A stretch of 64,000 nt of DNA from Octopus sinensis (GCF_006345805.1 NC_042998.1:106020001-106084000), one strand, 5' to 3'; shown: positions 23,177 to 35,432, counted from the first letter of the stretch. Notes: generated from the sequence alone by a model not told the origin. Translations and numbers: made by a program.

Positions 23177-25012
23177 TTGGCTCTTCGTTCCCTCCAACGG
23201 CGCGCTGACATTATCATCAAACCGGCTGACAAGGGTGGAGCTGTAGTGGTGTGGCGCGCGGACCTCTATAGGGCCGAGGTTTTCCGCCAACTCAATGACA
23301 CCTCCTTCTATTCCCCTCTGCCCTCTAACCCCACACGTAGCTACCAACAGACGGTATCCTCTACTGTCCAAGACCTCATCTCGTCCTCCCGTCTCCCCCG
23401 CACCGCATCCAACCTAATTGTGCGAACCCCACGTACCCCCACCATTTACTTCCTCCCCAAAATCCACAAACCCAACAACCCTGGCCGCCCCATCGTCTCC
23501 GCCTGTAACTGCCCCACGGAGCTCATCTCTAAATACCTCGACCGTGTCCTTGCCCCCCTAGTGGCATCTCTTCCCTCCCACATCCACGATACCAACCATG
23601 CTCTCCGGCTTTTCAACTCTTTCTCCTTTCCTCCCGGCTCCTCCAAAATCCTTTTTACTATGGACATCCAAAGCCTCTATACTGTTATCCCTCACCATGA
23701 AGGACTGCAGGCTCTTCGACACTTTCTTGACCTCCGCTCTAACCCTGTACCTGACACCTCCACACTCATTCGTCTGGCCGAACTTGTCCTTACTCTGAAC
23801 TGCTTCTCGTTCGCGGGCGAGTTCTACCATCAGGTCTCAGGAGTGGCCATGGGAACACGAATGGGCCCCAACTATGCGAACCTGTTCGTTGGCTATGTTG
23901 AGGCCCAAATATTCTCTAATTTCACTGGTCCCACTCCTGAACTATATGGTCGTTACATTGACGACATTATCGGTACCACCGCACTCTCCCGCGAACATCT
24001 AGATTCCTTCCTCTCTTTCGTCCAATCTTTCCATCCAGCCCTCCACTTCACTTCCACTATCTCCAACACCTCTGTCTCCTTCCTCGACATTTCGGTTAGC
24101 ATTCTTCACTCCACTATTACCACCTCCATTCACTACAAACACACAGACTCACACTCATACCTCAACTTCTCTTCCTCCCACCCAGAACACACCAAGCTTT
24201 CCATCCCCTATTCCCAATTCCTCCGTCTACGTAGGCTCTGTAGTGACGACCATGACTTTGAGACTCAGTCTCAACGTATGGCTCACCACTTCACCCTACG
24301 TGGATACCCCCTCACCACTATCTACACCGCCCTTGCCAGAGCACGGTCCGTGGACCGTGTATCTGCTCTCTCTCCCCGAACCCGCCCTGTAGTCTCCCGC
24401 CTCCCTTTTCCCCTCACTTACCACCCCACAACCCTACGTCTCCAACGCACCATTCTTCGAGCTTTCCGTCATCTCCAGTCCGACCCGTCCACTTCACACC
24501 TCTTCCCTAACCGACCCCTCCCCTCTTTCAAACGAGCCCACAACCTTCGAGACCTTTTGGTCCATAGCTCCTTCCCTGACCCTACCTCCCAACCCGGCTC
24601 GTTCCCCTGCTCCCGCCCACGTTGCCGCACTTGCCCTTACCTCTCCAACACCACCCGCCTCACTAGCACCCACCATCGACCCTATCCCATCATCCACTCC
24701 TTCACCTGCACCTCCAGCAATATTATCTATTGCATCTCTTGCTCTCTCTGCAATTCCTTGTACATCGGACAAACGGGACGCCGCTTGGCTGACCGGTTCG
24801 CGGAACACCTTCGTGACATCCACCTTGCGAACGACACACCGGTCTCACGCCATTTCCACTCCACCGGTCACTCCTTGCAACACCTATCTGTGTTCGGTTT
24901 GTCCTTACACAGAGGCCATCCGGATTCCCGTTTGCGCCGTGAACAGGAATTAATCTTCTCTCTTCGCTCTTATACGCCATTTGGTCTCAACTCTCCCCCC
25001 CTCCTCATCTAA
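23177..25012 (+). CDS. Penelope-like element polyprotein (RT + GIY-YIG endonuclease), Neptune-type, 5'-truncated; frame open and PLE-like from ~23150
   Basis: KPADKG, YFLPKIHK, GRPIVS, MDIQSLYT, GVAMGTRMGPNYANLF, RYIDDI; linker PCSRPRCRTC; endonuclease CTSSNIIYCISCSLCNSLYIGQTGRRLADRFAEH; no stops in 611 codons; TTG start not a real initiator. Confidence 0.96.
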   Translation: MALRSLQRRADIIIKPADKGGAVVVWRADLYRAEVFRQLNDTSFYSPLPSNPTRSYQQTVSSTVQDLISSSRLPRTASNLIVRTPRTPTIYFLPKIHKPNNPGRPIVSACNCPTELISKYLDRVLAPLVASLPSHIHDTNHALRLFNSFSFPPGSSKILFTMDIQSLYTVIPHHEGLQALRHFLDLRSNPVPDTSTLIRLAELVLTLNCFSFAGEFYHQVSGVAMGTRMGPNYANLFVGYVEAQIFSNFTGPTPELYGRYIDDIIGTTALSREHLDSFLSFVQSFHPALHFTSTISNTSVSFLDISVSILHSTITTSIHYKHTDSHSYLNFSSSHPEHTKLSIPYSQFLRLRRLCSDDHDFETQSQRMAHHFTLRGYPLTTIYTALARARSVDRVSALSPRTRPVVSRLPFPLTYHPTTLRLQRTILRAFRHLQSDPSTSHLFPNRPLPSFKRAHNLRDLLVHSSFPDPTSQPGSFPCSRPRCRTCPYLSNTTRLTSTHHRPYPIIHSFTCTSSNIIYCISCSLCNSLYIGQTGRRLADRFAEHLRDIHLANDTPVSRHFHSTGHSLQHLSVFGLSLHRGHPDSRLRREQELIFSLRSYTPFGLNSPPLLI

Positions 25013-25930
25013 CCCCCCTCTCCCCCTTCCTCACCTATCCTTTCCCCCCGACCCCTACTTCTTCAGTCCTTCATCCTTTCACCCCTACTCCCCTTCCCTT
25101 CTTCCCTCTTTCTCCCTCCCTCTTCCCCTTCCCTCTGCTCCCTCACTCCCTCACTCCCCTTCTCTCTCTCCCTCTTCCTCTTTCCTCCTTCGTCCCCCTC
25201 CTCCCCCATCCTCTCCTCTTCCCCCCTCTCCTCCCCCTCTTCTTCCCCTCCCCCTCTTCTCCTCACTACACCACATGACTTTACACATCACATCACATAT
25301 GATGTGCCATACTAATACACACACCAACTAATACATACTAATACGTACTAATACATACTAGTACGTACTAATACATACACCAACCCTATACATACACACG
25401 TCCAGACCCCGCATACGCACTTATACTCTCTCACACACACACACACACTTATACATACCAATACGTACTAATACATACTAATACATACTAATACATACAC
25501 CAACCCCATACATACGCACGTCCAGACCAATCCTACGCACTAACACTCTCTCATACACACACACACACACACACACACCCTTATACATACTAATACATAC
25601 ACCAACCCTATACATACACACATCCAGACCCCACCTACGCACTATTAGCTGGTCCCTCAACCCTTTTATCAACCCTATTATCTCCCCTTATTTCGCTCTC
25701 GCGTCTCATGTTTGATCTTTGACCTCTGGCCGAAATCAGATCGCCATGTTGATTCGTTAGCTACTGGACGCATTTTTTTTCTCTCCTTCTTTCTGTGTTT
25801 TTCTCTCTCTGTGTATCTTTCTGTTGAAGAGCGTAGGCTCGAACGTTAAAGACTTGTTTTATTTATATTTCCTGAGCGCCATACTAATACAATTGTTCGT
25901 TTGTTTTCCACCTGCCTTCGTCTTTTGTTT
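25013..25930 (+). mobile_element. 3' UTR/tail of the PLE: polypyrimidine tract, tandem repeats (~25310-25650), HHR-like motif, then (TA)n
   Basis: C/T tract 25013-25265; TACTAATACATAC repeats and three ACCAACCC.ATACATAC..AC.TCCAGACC units; tail homologous to 1990-2140. Confidence 0.85.
25816..25852 (+). ncRNA. Minimal HHR-like motif with variant core (family B)
   Basis: TCTTT-CTGTTGA-A-GAGC-GTAG-GCTC-GAACGT-T-AAAGA: stems I and II perfect, A6->U and one A missing from GAAAC. Confidence 0.55.
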
Positions 25931-25949
25931 ATTTTCATAAAGCTTCCCG

Positions 25950-26016
<67 letters not shown>

Positions 26017-26116
26017 TATATAAGAGATAATGGTGTCATTGAGACCCAAAGGTGTCAGGTGTGCTAACAATTCTGCCAGTTCCCTGTCTTACATATGATA
26101 ATAATGGCCTTTAGCA

Positions 26117-26337
26117 GGTGGCAAACTGGCAGAAACGTTAGCACACCGGGTGAAATGCTTAACAGTATTTCATCTGTCTTTACATAAGTTTTGAGATTAA
26201 ATTCCAACAAGACTGACTTTGCTTTCATCTTTCTGTGTCAATAAATTAAGTACCAGTTGCATACTGGAGTCGAGCTAATTTACTGGCTCCCTTCCCCAAA
26301 ATTTTGGGCCATGTGCCTAGAGGAGAGAAGAATATTA
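26117..26337 (+). mobile_element. S2 SINE
   Basis: GGCAGAAACGTTAGCAC...ATAAATTAAGTACCAGTTGC. Confidence 0.85.
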
Positions 26338-26531
26338 GTATATAGTCCAGGCAATTTTTACCATCCAACAAAGAGTACACAGAATTATCCATCGGAAGAA
26401 TTCACAGAGTGACTAACAGCTAAATGTGGACACAGGCATTAGATACTCATCATTGTGGCTTGTTGTTAACTGGAATTTAACTGAGAGCTAATATGGTATC
26501 CACCCAGAGAATATATCCCTCCAAACTCACT

Positions 26532-26566
<35 letters not shown>

Positions 26567-26656
26567 GTGAGAAAAGGTTGAGTTCTATTTCATCCTTTAC
26601 TTTGGAATACGTGTCCCATAAATGCTCATAACACACCTAACTTATATATATATATA

Positions 26657-27647
26657 TATACATATATAAGAGGAATCAAATGTAGCATGCAAAAGAGAAG
26701 ACTATGTTGGTTTGGACATGTGACGCATATGAATGAGAACAGCTGCATAAAGAAATGCCTATCACTGAAAGTGGATGCTATCCGTTGAAGAGGGAAACCC
26801 AGGAAGACATGGGATGAAGTGGTACGGACCAATCTCAGGATGTTGGATCTCACAGAGGAAATGACAATGGACCAAAATATCGGGTGATATGAGGTTCTTG
26901 AGAAAATCCACCTGTGTCAGCGAAGAGTTCTAGAAGTGCCGTGTCCCACTCACACATAACAAGAAAACTTCTCACACTCCCTGCCACAACAAACTAAATT
27001 ACATCTCTACATCTCTACATCTCTACATTTCTTCCTCAAATTTCCACTTCATGCACTATGCTTTCCTTCCACTCCCCAATTCTTCCCTCTTGGCCCTGAC
27101 TCATTGCTATCTGCTAGTCCCTAACTTGTGTGCTCTACCCACATGTAACAAGAAAACGTTTTGCACACCCTACCCCAACAAACCAATCTACATCTCTACA
27201 TCTCTTCTCTTCCTCACATTTCCTCCTTCATGCACTACACCTACCTCTTACTCCCCAATCCTATTCTCATGGCCCTGTCTCTCTGTATTATTGCTATCCA
27301 GTAACCTTCACCCACACTATATATACCCAGGTTTTCACCATTCATTTCCCTTCCACACTCTCCAATATCCTGCCTTTTAAATTATGACATTCGAACCTCA
27401 AGGCTAAGCCCTGGCACTTTTCACTATCTATATCACTCTCTGCCTTTACTTAACCATCCCATTTATACTCTGATCCCCATTCCTTGTGAGTATGCCCAGC
27501 ACCTCACCATTATCTCTATCCTGCTGTCTCTCACTTTCTCTCTCCTTCTCCTGCACATCCCCCAGGATGGGTAACCATGTATTTCCATTGCAGCAGTATG
27601 CTTGTTCTTGTCTTCATTCCTGTTCTCTCTCCCTCTTTCTCTCTCTT

Positions 27648-27679
<32 letters not shown>

Positions 27680-28175
27680 TCTCTCACTCTCTCCCTCTCT
27701 CTTTCTCTTTCTCCAGACAGGTAACCTTGTACCTCCTCTACAGCAAGACACCTGTTTCTGTCTCTCTGTCTCACTATAACCTTTCATCATCTGACACAAG
27801 ATCACCTTCTCCAATGCCCCCCGCCCCTCTTCAAAGACTTTTGTCTTGAAGGTTAATTGGTGACCCCATCAGTGCAGGTGCCACTTAAAAAGCATCCAAT
27901 CCACAATGAAAATTGGTTGGCATTTGGAAGGGCAACCAGCTGTAAAACCTTTGCCAAAACTGACCTCACCTGTGATTATGCCACATAAGAAGCACTAAGT
28001 TCACTCTATTGGGTGGCTGGTGTTAAGAAGGGCATCCAGCTGTAAAAATTCTGCCTAGACAGTAACAGAAGTCTGGTACAGGCTTCTGCCTGGCCAGCTC
28101 CTGTTAAACCATCCTACCCATGCCAGTATTGAAGGTAGATGTTAAACGATGATGATGATGATGATGGTGATGATG
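26657..28175 (+). mobile_element. RTE-LINE fragment: RT C-terminus, CT-rich interval, (GAT)n tail
   Basis: IRGIKCSMQKRRLCWFGHVTHMNENSCIKKC..RGKPRKTWDEVV at 26657-26900; tail motifs 27850-28175. Continuity across the middle is inferred. Confidence 0.7.
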
Positions 28176-28932
28176 ACACAATGCATATATAAATGCATAT
28201 ATACATGTACATTGTAAACTTATAAACATCTAATTATTAGGGGAAAAATTATCAGAGAAGCTATCTCTATTGATTTTTTCAAAAACATATACACACAAAC
28301 ACACACACACACACACATATCAGTATAAGATACACATACAGAATACACAAGCAGAATAAGAATGATGTAGAGAAGGCTCAGGGTGTTTTTTTACTAATAG
28401 CAAAGGATTTCTATCTGAGAAGTAAAGGGTAGATCAAATGATGTATTATGAAGGATGGCATTCAATCTGTATCCAATAACCAAGCCATCACCCTTCTTTA
28501 CTGCTAGCCATCATTCATTCTCTTTGCTGCTCATTACCATCACACATTTGTCTGACTATCTATCACTCATTCACTCTTTCTCCCTCTCTCCCTCTCTCTC
28601 TTTCTTTCTCTCCCCTCTCTCTTTCTTCAGTCTTTCACTTCTTCCCATTACTCCGACCTTTATTACTTTTGTTGAGATATATCACTGCTCATTTCCATTA
28701 TTCCCTCCTACATTATTCTATCTCCTCCTATCACTCCCACCTCCCCATCACACCACTCTATTTTCTTTCTATTCAGTCTCCTTACCAACAACTGACATCT
28801 AGCTGTCTATCACTGCCTCTTTTTCATTCTTCCTCTCCTACAACCCCTCACTCTTGTTACTTGGCTTTCCCCAGTTATACTCATATTTTCCTTCCTTTCA
28901 TCCTCTCAGCTTCCTTCCCTCTTAGTCATCAC

Positions 28933-28962
<30 letters not shown>

Positions 28963-28968
<6 letters not shown>

Positions 28969-29170
28969 AATCCAAACGGGAAACAAAAAAACAACAACAA
29001 TGGAACAATTACAGTATTATTATTAATAGGCGCTCAGGAAAAGGAAGCAGGGAGGTATGACGTTTCGAGCGGAGCTCTTCGTCGGAAACATAAAGAAGGA
29101 AGAGAGAGGAAAGAAAGATCCCAGAGCGGGCAACAGGGAAAGAGAAAAAAGACGACTGGTGTTTACGAGT
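28963..29170 (-). mobile_element. Family C tail element with minimal HHR (29055-29093)
   Basis: Reverse strand GTTT-CCGACGA-A-GAGC-TCC-GCTC-GAAACGT-C-ATAC; ends GTTTGGATTAAAAT then TA run. Confidence 0.8.
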
Positions 29171-29194
29171 TGCACATATATATATATATATATA

Positions 29195-29233
<39 letters not shown>

Positions 29234-29252
29234 CATCATAGCTTTACTTTAA

Positions 29253-29430
29253 CCCTTTAGAATTTAAAACAGCCATTTCCAGCCCAAATATTTTCCTTAT
29301 TTAATGCTTGAACTGGTCAAATCTGACCTTTCACACCTATCTCAGAATGTCATTCTAAAAGTAAACAATCACCACAAAATCTGAAAACTACCAGATAATG
29401 CATGGTCAATTGAAAATAATGTAAAGACTT
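29253..29430. mobile_element. Partial piggyBac-type MITE related to 15628-15829 (opposite orientation)
   Basis: TTAA-CCCTTTAG start; CAGCCCAAATATT..TCTGACCTTTCACACCTA matches the reverse of 15740-15810. Confidence 0.65.
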
Positions 29431-30257
29431 TTTATCACTAATTATCATCAAGCATAATAATATTTTCCATTGGCCAGAAAGCTAGACATGTTTTCCTGCA
29501 AGACTGGAAACAAACAACAACAATGCTTGTATGATGCCATTTGTTTACAACTGCCCAATGAATGATAACATGAAACTCTGAGCAACAGTTTTGCTTTAAT
29601 ACAAAGCACTTTACTCTACCTTTGGTATTCGAGTACTATTTTTTCCACCTTGTTTTGCCTTTATATGCTTGTTTATGTGTGTGTGTATCATCATCATCAT
29701 ATCAATTTAAATATACAACCGAAAGTGCTACTAACAGTTTCATGCTATTATGATACTTGAACAGATATATTTATAAAATATGCTGTGTATCATAAAGCAA
29801 TTTTTTCAGGCTCTGTTTATGTTATATATATATATGCATATAGTGGAACCTAGGTTTATGAATTTAATTAGTTTCTAAGGGTCTTTTGCCATCGAAAATA
29901 TTTGTAAACCAAAACTATTTTTCTCAGAGAAAATTCAAACAAAGTCACACAACAAATTCAATCAGGATTATTCTCTGAGTGAAATCTAGATAGCAACTAT
30001 TGCTCTCCTGCTGATTCTCCCACCTTGCCACCAACCATTGTTTCCAACTTGCATGTTCGTTCCTCAAGGCACCATTCATCTCCCAAGACGTTTTATGTTC
30101 TAAAAATTGTCCATAATTAGTTTATACAGATCTGTATACATACATGTATATACATGATGATATACATACATGTATGTATATATATCTGAATAAATCGCTT
30201 TTTACAGTTGAACTCAAAATAGATAAAGCTATAAATAATAACATGTAGTGTAGAATC

Positions 30258-30484
30258 GTCATCATCAACATCATCATCATTTAATGCCTGCCTTCCATGC
30301 TAGCATGGGTTGGACAATTTGACAAGAGCCGGCCAGGCAGGAGCCAGCACCAGACTTCTGTGTCTGTCTTGGCACTGTTTTTTACAACTGGATGCCCTTC
30401 CTAACACCAACCACCCAGCAGAGTGGACAACCAGCAGAGAATATTGGATTAAAAACCCTTTTGTATGGAAAATTTCAAAGGTTG

Positions 30485-30545
<61 letters not shown>

Positions 30546-30750
30546 CATCCTCATCAGCATCCTCATCAGCATCATCATCATCATTTGACAAGAGCCGGCC
30601 AGGCAGGAGCCAGCACCAGACTTCTGTGTCTGTCTTGGCACTGTTTTTTACAACTGGATGCCCTTCCTAACACCAACCACCCAGCAGAGTGGACAACCAG
30701 CAGAGAATATTGGATTAAAAACCCTTTTGTATGGAAAATTTCAAAGGTTG

Positions 30751-30793
<43 letters not shown>

Positions 30794-31150
30794 CATCATC
30801 ATCCTCATCAGCATCATCATTATCATTACCATCATCATTACCATCATCATTTAAAGTTCATTTACCATGCTGGCATGGGTTGGACAGTGTGACAGAAACT
30901 GGACAGCCGGAGACCTCCACCAGGCTCCAATTGTCTGTTTTGGCATGGCTTCTACATCTGAATGCACTTCCTAATATCAACCACTTTACAAAGTGTACTG
31001 ATCGTTTATTATGTGGCACCAATATTGCTACTTTATATGTGGCACCAGTGCAAGTGCTTTATATGTGACACCAGCATGGGATCTCTCTGCATGGCACCAG
31101 CATGGGTGCTTTTTGTGTGACACTGGCATAGGTGCTTTTACATTGCACTG
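30258..31150 (-). mobile_element. Stack of RTE tails with (CAT)n, including a 266-bp tandem duplication
   Basis: 30317-30485 identical to 30583-30751; a separate tail starts ~30850. Confidence 0.9.
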
Positions 31151-32559
31151 ATGCAGGATGCAATTATAATATACATACATACTCACATAGGCATGCACAC
31201 ACAAATATGTATACATATATATATTTACATACAAACAAATACTAACACATGTATACACACATAGATGTCTATTATTACTGTATCCTATGCTAACTAATGC
31301 TTTGTGAGAAAATTTGGAAGCTGGAAAACTGTAAATACCCATCATATATGAGTGTGTGTGTGAGAGAGAGAGAGAGTTTGCTTGTGTGTGTGTATATGTG
31401 TCCACGTGTGTGTGCATGTGTGTGTGAGTATGTGTGTGTGTGTGTGCATGTTTTGTTTGTCTGTCTCTGTGTATTTATGTGCATTCATACACATGCGTCT
31501 TTACTAATGATCACTTCTTGCCTATTTTGCATGCAAAAGCACTCACCTACAAGTGGTGAAGTTTGTTATTATTTCCCTATTAACAAATCGTTTTCTGGCT
31601 CTGTGTTTGTAAAGATGTCTGGAATAAGAAACAGGAAGGGCAAACAGCTGTAGAGCATTGCCTCAGTAATATATATTCGTCAAATCCTTGGTAGTAAGTG
31701 TTAAAAATGGACAAAAAGTACAAAGTGAACAATATATCAATAGTCTAGCCTAACTGAATCAAACAGGGTTACATACCCTGCTCAGGGCATAGATCCAATA
31801 CAGTTGATGTGGTTAATAAAGTTTGAACTAAGTGCTAGGTTTGCAAAAGCCCAGCACCTTAAATATAATGCCATTGTATAGTTTTATGCATTTTCAATTA
31901 TTATTGAGTTTTATTGTTTTAATTGTTTTATAATGATTGTTATTATTGATAATATTAATTATTGATGATGATAATTATTATTATGATAATTGCTATTATT
32001 GTAGTTTCCATGAAACATCAAATATTGATGATAAAAAAAGTAGAAGTTGCCGGAGTATTAAGTTATTAACAGTGTTATGTTAATAATGATTTCCAGAGGG
32101 ATGTAAAGCAAAACAAACACTACTACCAATAATTTATCTAGAAAACATAATAGGATGAAATTAAATACTGCAAGCATTCAGGTCTGTGCTCCATAGTCAC
32201 TGCAGACCTATAAACTATTATATTCACTACAAACTAACGTTTTTCCCACATGGCTGTACAATGGAGTTTCTATATGATTATTTGGTCTGCTACAAATAAC
32301 AGCCAAATCTCCACCAAATTAAAAGCAGTCATCATAAAAAACGAAGCAGTACAGTGGATGATATAGTAGTACGTTATTATAATATAATAATGTTGGATAT
32401 GCAGTGTTAGAAAAAAGATGACACGTTTACAGCCTCATAGTAATAATACATTTGTTCTTAGATCTGCTTGATAGATCTGGGCTCAAGTGAGGCAACAATA
32501 AGAGAATATGTTGTTATAGTTTTATATACTTAGTTTATATAATTGATTCTGTTATATAT

Positions 32560-33192
32560 CATCGTCATCATCATCATCATTTAGCGTCCACTTTCCATGC
32601 TAGCATGGGTTGGACGGTTCAACTGGGGTTTGGGAAGCCAGAAGGCTGCACCAGGCCCAGTCTGATCTGGCAGTGTTTCTACAGCTGGATGCCCTTCCTA
32701 ACGCCAACCACTCCGTGAGTGTAGTGGGTGCTTTTTATGTGCCACCGGCACAGTTGCCAGACAGGGATGGCAAACGGCCATGGTCGGATGTTGCTTTTTA
32801 CATGCCACCAGCACAGGGGCCAGGTGAGGCTGGCAACGGCCACGATCGGATGGTGCTTCTTACGTGCCACCAGCACGGAGGCCTGTTGGGGCGGCACTGG
32901 CAACGGCATATATATATATATATGTATATATATAGGCACCCATGCCAGTGACAGGTAAAGGAACCCATGTTGGGGATACACAAAAGGCATCCATGCCAGT
33001 GACACTTGTAAAAGACACCCAGTACACTCTGTGGAGTGGTTGGCATTAGAAAGGGCATTCACCCATAGAAACCAAACCAAAATAGACTGGGATCTGGTGC
33101 AGCTCTCCAGCTGGCCAGCACCTATCAAACTGTCTAACCCATGCCAGCATGAAAAACAAATGCTAAATGATGATGATGATGATGATGATGAT
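32560..33192. mobile_element. Two divergently oriented RTE 3' ends (minus 32560-32890, plus ~33010-33192)
   Basis: (CAT)n at left, (GAT)n at right, standard tail motifs. Confidence 0.85.
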
Positions 33193-34252
33193 GAGTATAG
33201 TGCTTTGGTCAAGTGTCTGGGTCAACCAAAAGCTTTGGAGTGGATTTGATTGACAGAAGTCTGCATCAGTAAATTAGATCTTTTCCATACAAGCATGAAA
33301 AAATTGGATGTAAAAGTGATGCTGCTGCTGCTGATGATGATGATGGGTTTCTACCGCACAGTTTCCATCTATCAAATTCCATATACAAGGCATATTTTAA
33401 CCATAAGGTTACAATACAATACAGTTCCTCAGGTGACTTGCAGAATCAACTTCCCACAAGACAACTCTAAAGGCCTATATTGGTGTCAATGGAATGACTA
33501 CAACAAGCAAATGAAACTCAATTGCTGACTTAATTCACTGGGAGCTTACCTCGTTTCTATTGAACTGAAATAAGTTAATATTGCTTTTTATTAATTAGGT
33601 ACAAAGGCCCCAATTTGCAAGGAGAGTAGAATTGGAAGTTTTGCTGTGACACCTGTCTGAAATTAATTGATTTTATAAGTGAAATGTAAAGCAACAGATG
33701 ACATTTAAATGAGGTTTTAAGCTCAGTTTGTTGGGGATATACCTCTATCCCAAGGATAATCTCATTACATCAATGTTGAATTTTGTGGGTTTTTCTTTTT
33801 TTTTTTTTTGAAACTGGAAAGGACTAGAGTCTGCACTTTCTATAAAAACTAGATGAAAATAAAAGACAACAATACACAGTTTTTGAATTTAAAAAATGAG
33901 ATTCAGAACTAATTCAATATAGAACATCAACTTTAGATATCTATCCTCTATTCTAACTCCACAGCTTACATCTAACTACAAGAGATTGTGCTTTTACAAT
34001 GCACAATGTCACTATTCATATGAGTGGGAGTTTAGAGTCAACTCTAATATACTTCAAAAGGAGTATTATTAATCATGTCAATCTCACTGGTCTTGACTGG
34101 CCATAAACGGCATAGGCATAAGCCCTTCCTCCAAACCAAAGTAATAAATAAGTATATGTGTATGTGTGTGTGTGTGTGTATATATGTGTGTGTGGTGTAT
34201 GTATCCAACCCATACCAATGATGATGATAATGACATTTATGTGTGTGTGTGT

Positions 34253-34636
34253 ACTCTTTTACTCTTTACTCTTTTACTTGCTTCAGTCATTTGACTGTGG
34301 CCATGCTGGAGCACTGCCTTTAGTTGAGCAAATCGACCCCAGGACTTATTCTTTGTAAGCCTAGTACTTATTCTATCGATCTCTTTTGCCAAACTGCTAA
34401 GTTACGGGGACGTAAACATACCACCATCGACACAAACATATATAAACACATACATATATATATACATATATACGACGGGCTTCTTTCAGTTTTCTGTCTA
34501 CCAAATTCACTCACAAGGCTTTGGTCAGCCCGAGGCTATAGTAGAAGACACTTGCCCAAGGTGCCATGCAATGGGATTGAACCCAGAACCATGTGAGTGT
34601 TAAGCAAGCTACTTACCACACAGCCACTCCTGCACC
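34253..34636 (-). mobile_element. Near full-length S1 SINE
   Basis: Head GGTGCAGGAGTGGCTGTGTGGTAAG, central microsatellite, tail GCTCCAGCATGGCCACAGTCAAATGACTGAAGCAAGTAAAAGAGT. Confidence 0.9.
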
Positions 34637-34724
34637 TATATATATATATATTTATATATTTTTTCTTTTTTAGTTTCAGCTCAGAGCTGCGGCCATGCTG
34701 ATGCACCGCCGTTTACACACACAC

Positions 34725-34776
<52 letters not shown>

Positions 34777-34792
34777 TGATGCACCACCGTTT

Positions 34793-34838
<46 letters not shown>

Positions 34839-34841
34839 AGT

Positions 34842-35386
34842 ATATTATAGTTATTATTAATAAATGATAACAACAATAATATAAGTGGCCAGCAAACATT
34901 AAAGCCAAAAGGCAAATTCATAAATATATAATTAATTATTAACTATAACTGAGGGTACACAAAGTACCAGTGTTGCAAGAAATAAGAGTCGAAAAATACT
35001 ATATATATACCATAAATTAATAATACAAAATGAGAAAATGGAGAAATATATCTAAATCATTCATCAACTATCAGATAATACCGAATCATATACTTTATTA
35101 AAACACTATACAAGAGCATTAATATTAGACATTAATACAGTACAATAATTACAATCAATATAATGAGATATAACTAAATAAATATAACAAGATATAAAAA
35201 TACATATACATTATAACTGACAGCTGTTTCGGCCATGCAGATAGGTATGTCTCATTTAACCTATATTAGCCATATATTGCAGGTATAAATGAGACATTAA
35301 CAAAATTATCTTACGGCCTCTTCGGAGATTCTAATGTAAGTATGAGTACATACCCAAAAATCATTTACATATAAATATAAATATGA

Positions 35387-35390
<4 letters not shown>
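34842..35390 (-). mobile_element. AT-rich PLE-type tail (family E) ending in a TA run
   Basis: Contains HHR motif; shares TTTTC.G.CTCTTATTTCT.GCAA with family D. Confidence 0.6.
35215..35330 (-). ncRNA. HHR motif with a very long stem II (family E)
   Basis: CT-CCGAAGA-GGCC-[~80 nt with 12-bp ATGTCTCATTTA/TAAATGAGACAT]-GGCC-GAAAC-AGCT-GTC-AG; U4->C. Confidence 0.6.

Positions 35391-35432
<42 letters not shown>

Noticed and set aside
30300-31068. Poly-His/poly-Met/poly-Ser ORFs
   Set aside because: Produced by (CAT)n tails of RTE elements and the 266-bp duplication.
31547-31618. 72-nt minus-strand exon candidate (HLYKHRARKRFVNREIITNFTTC)
   Set aside because: Good splice signals, but the acceptor comes from an antisense RTE-like tail and the peptide is unrecognised.
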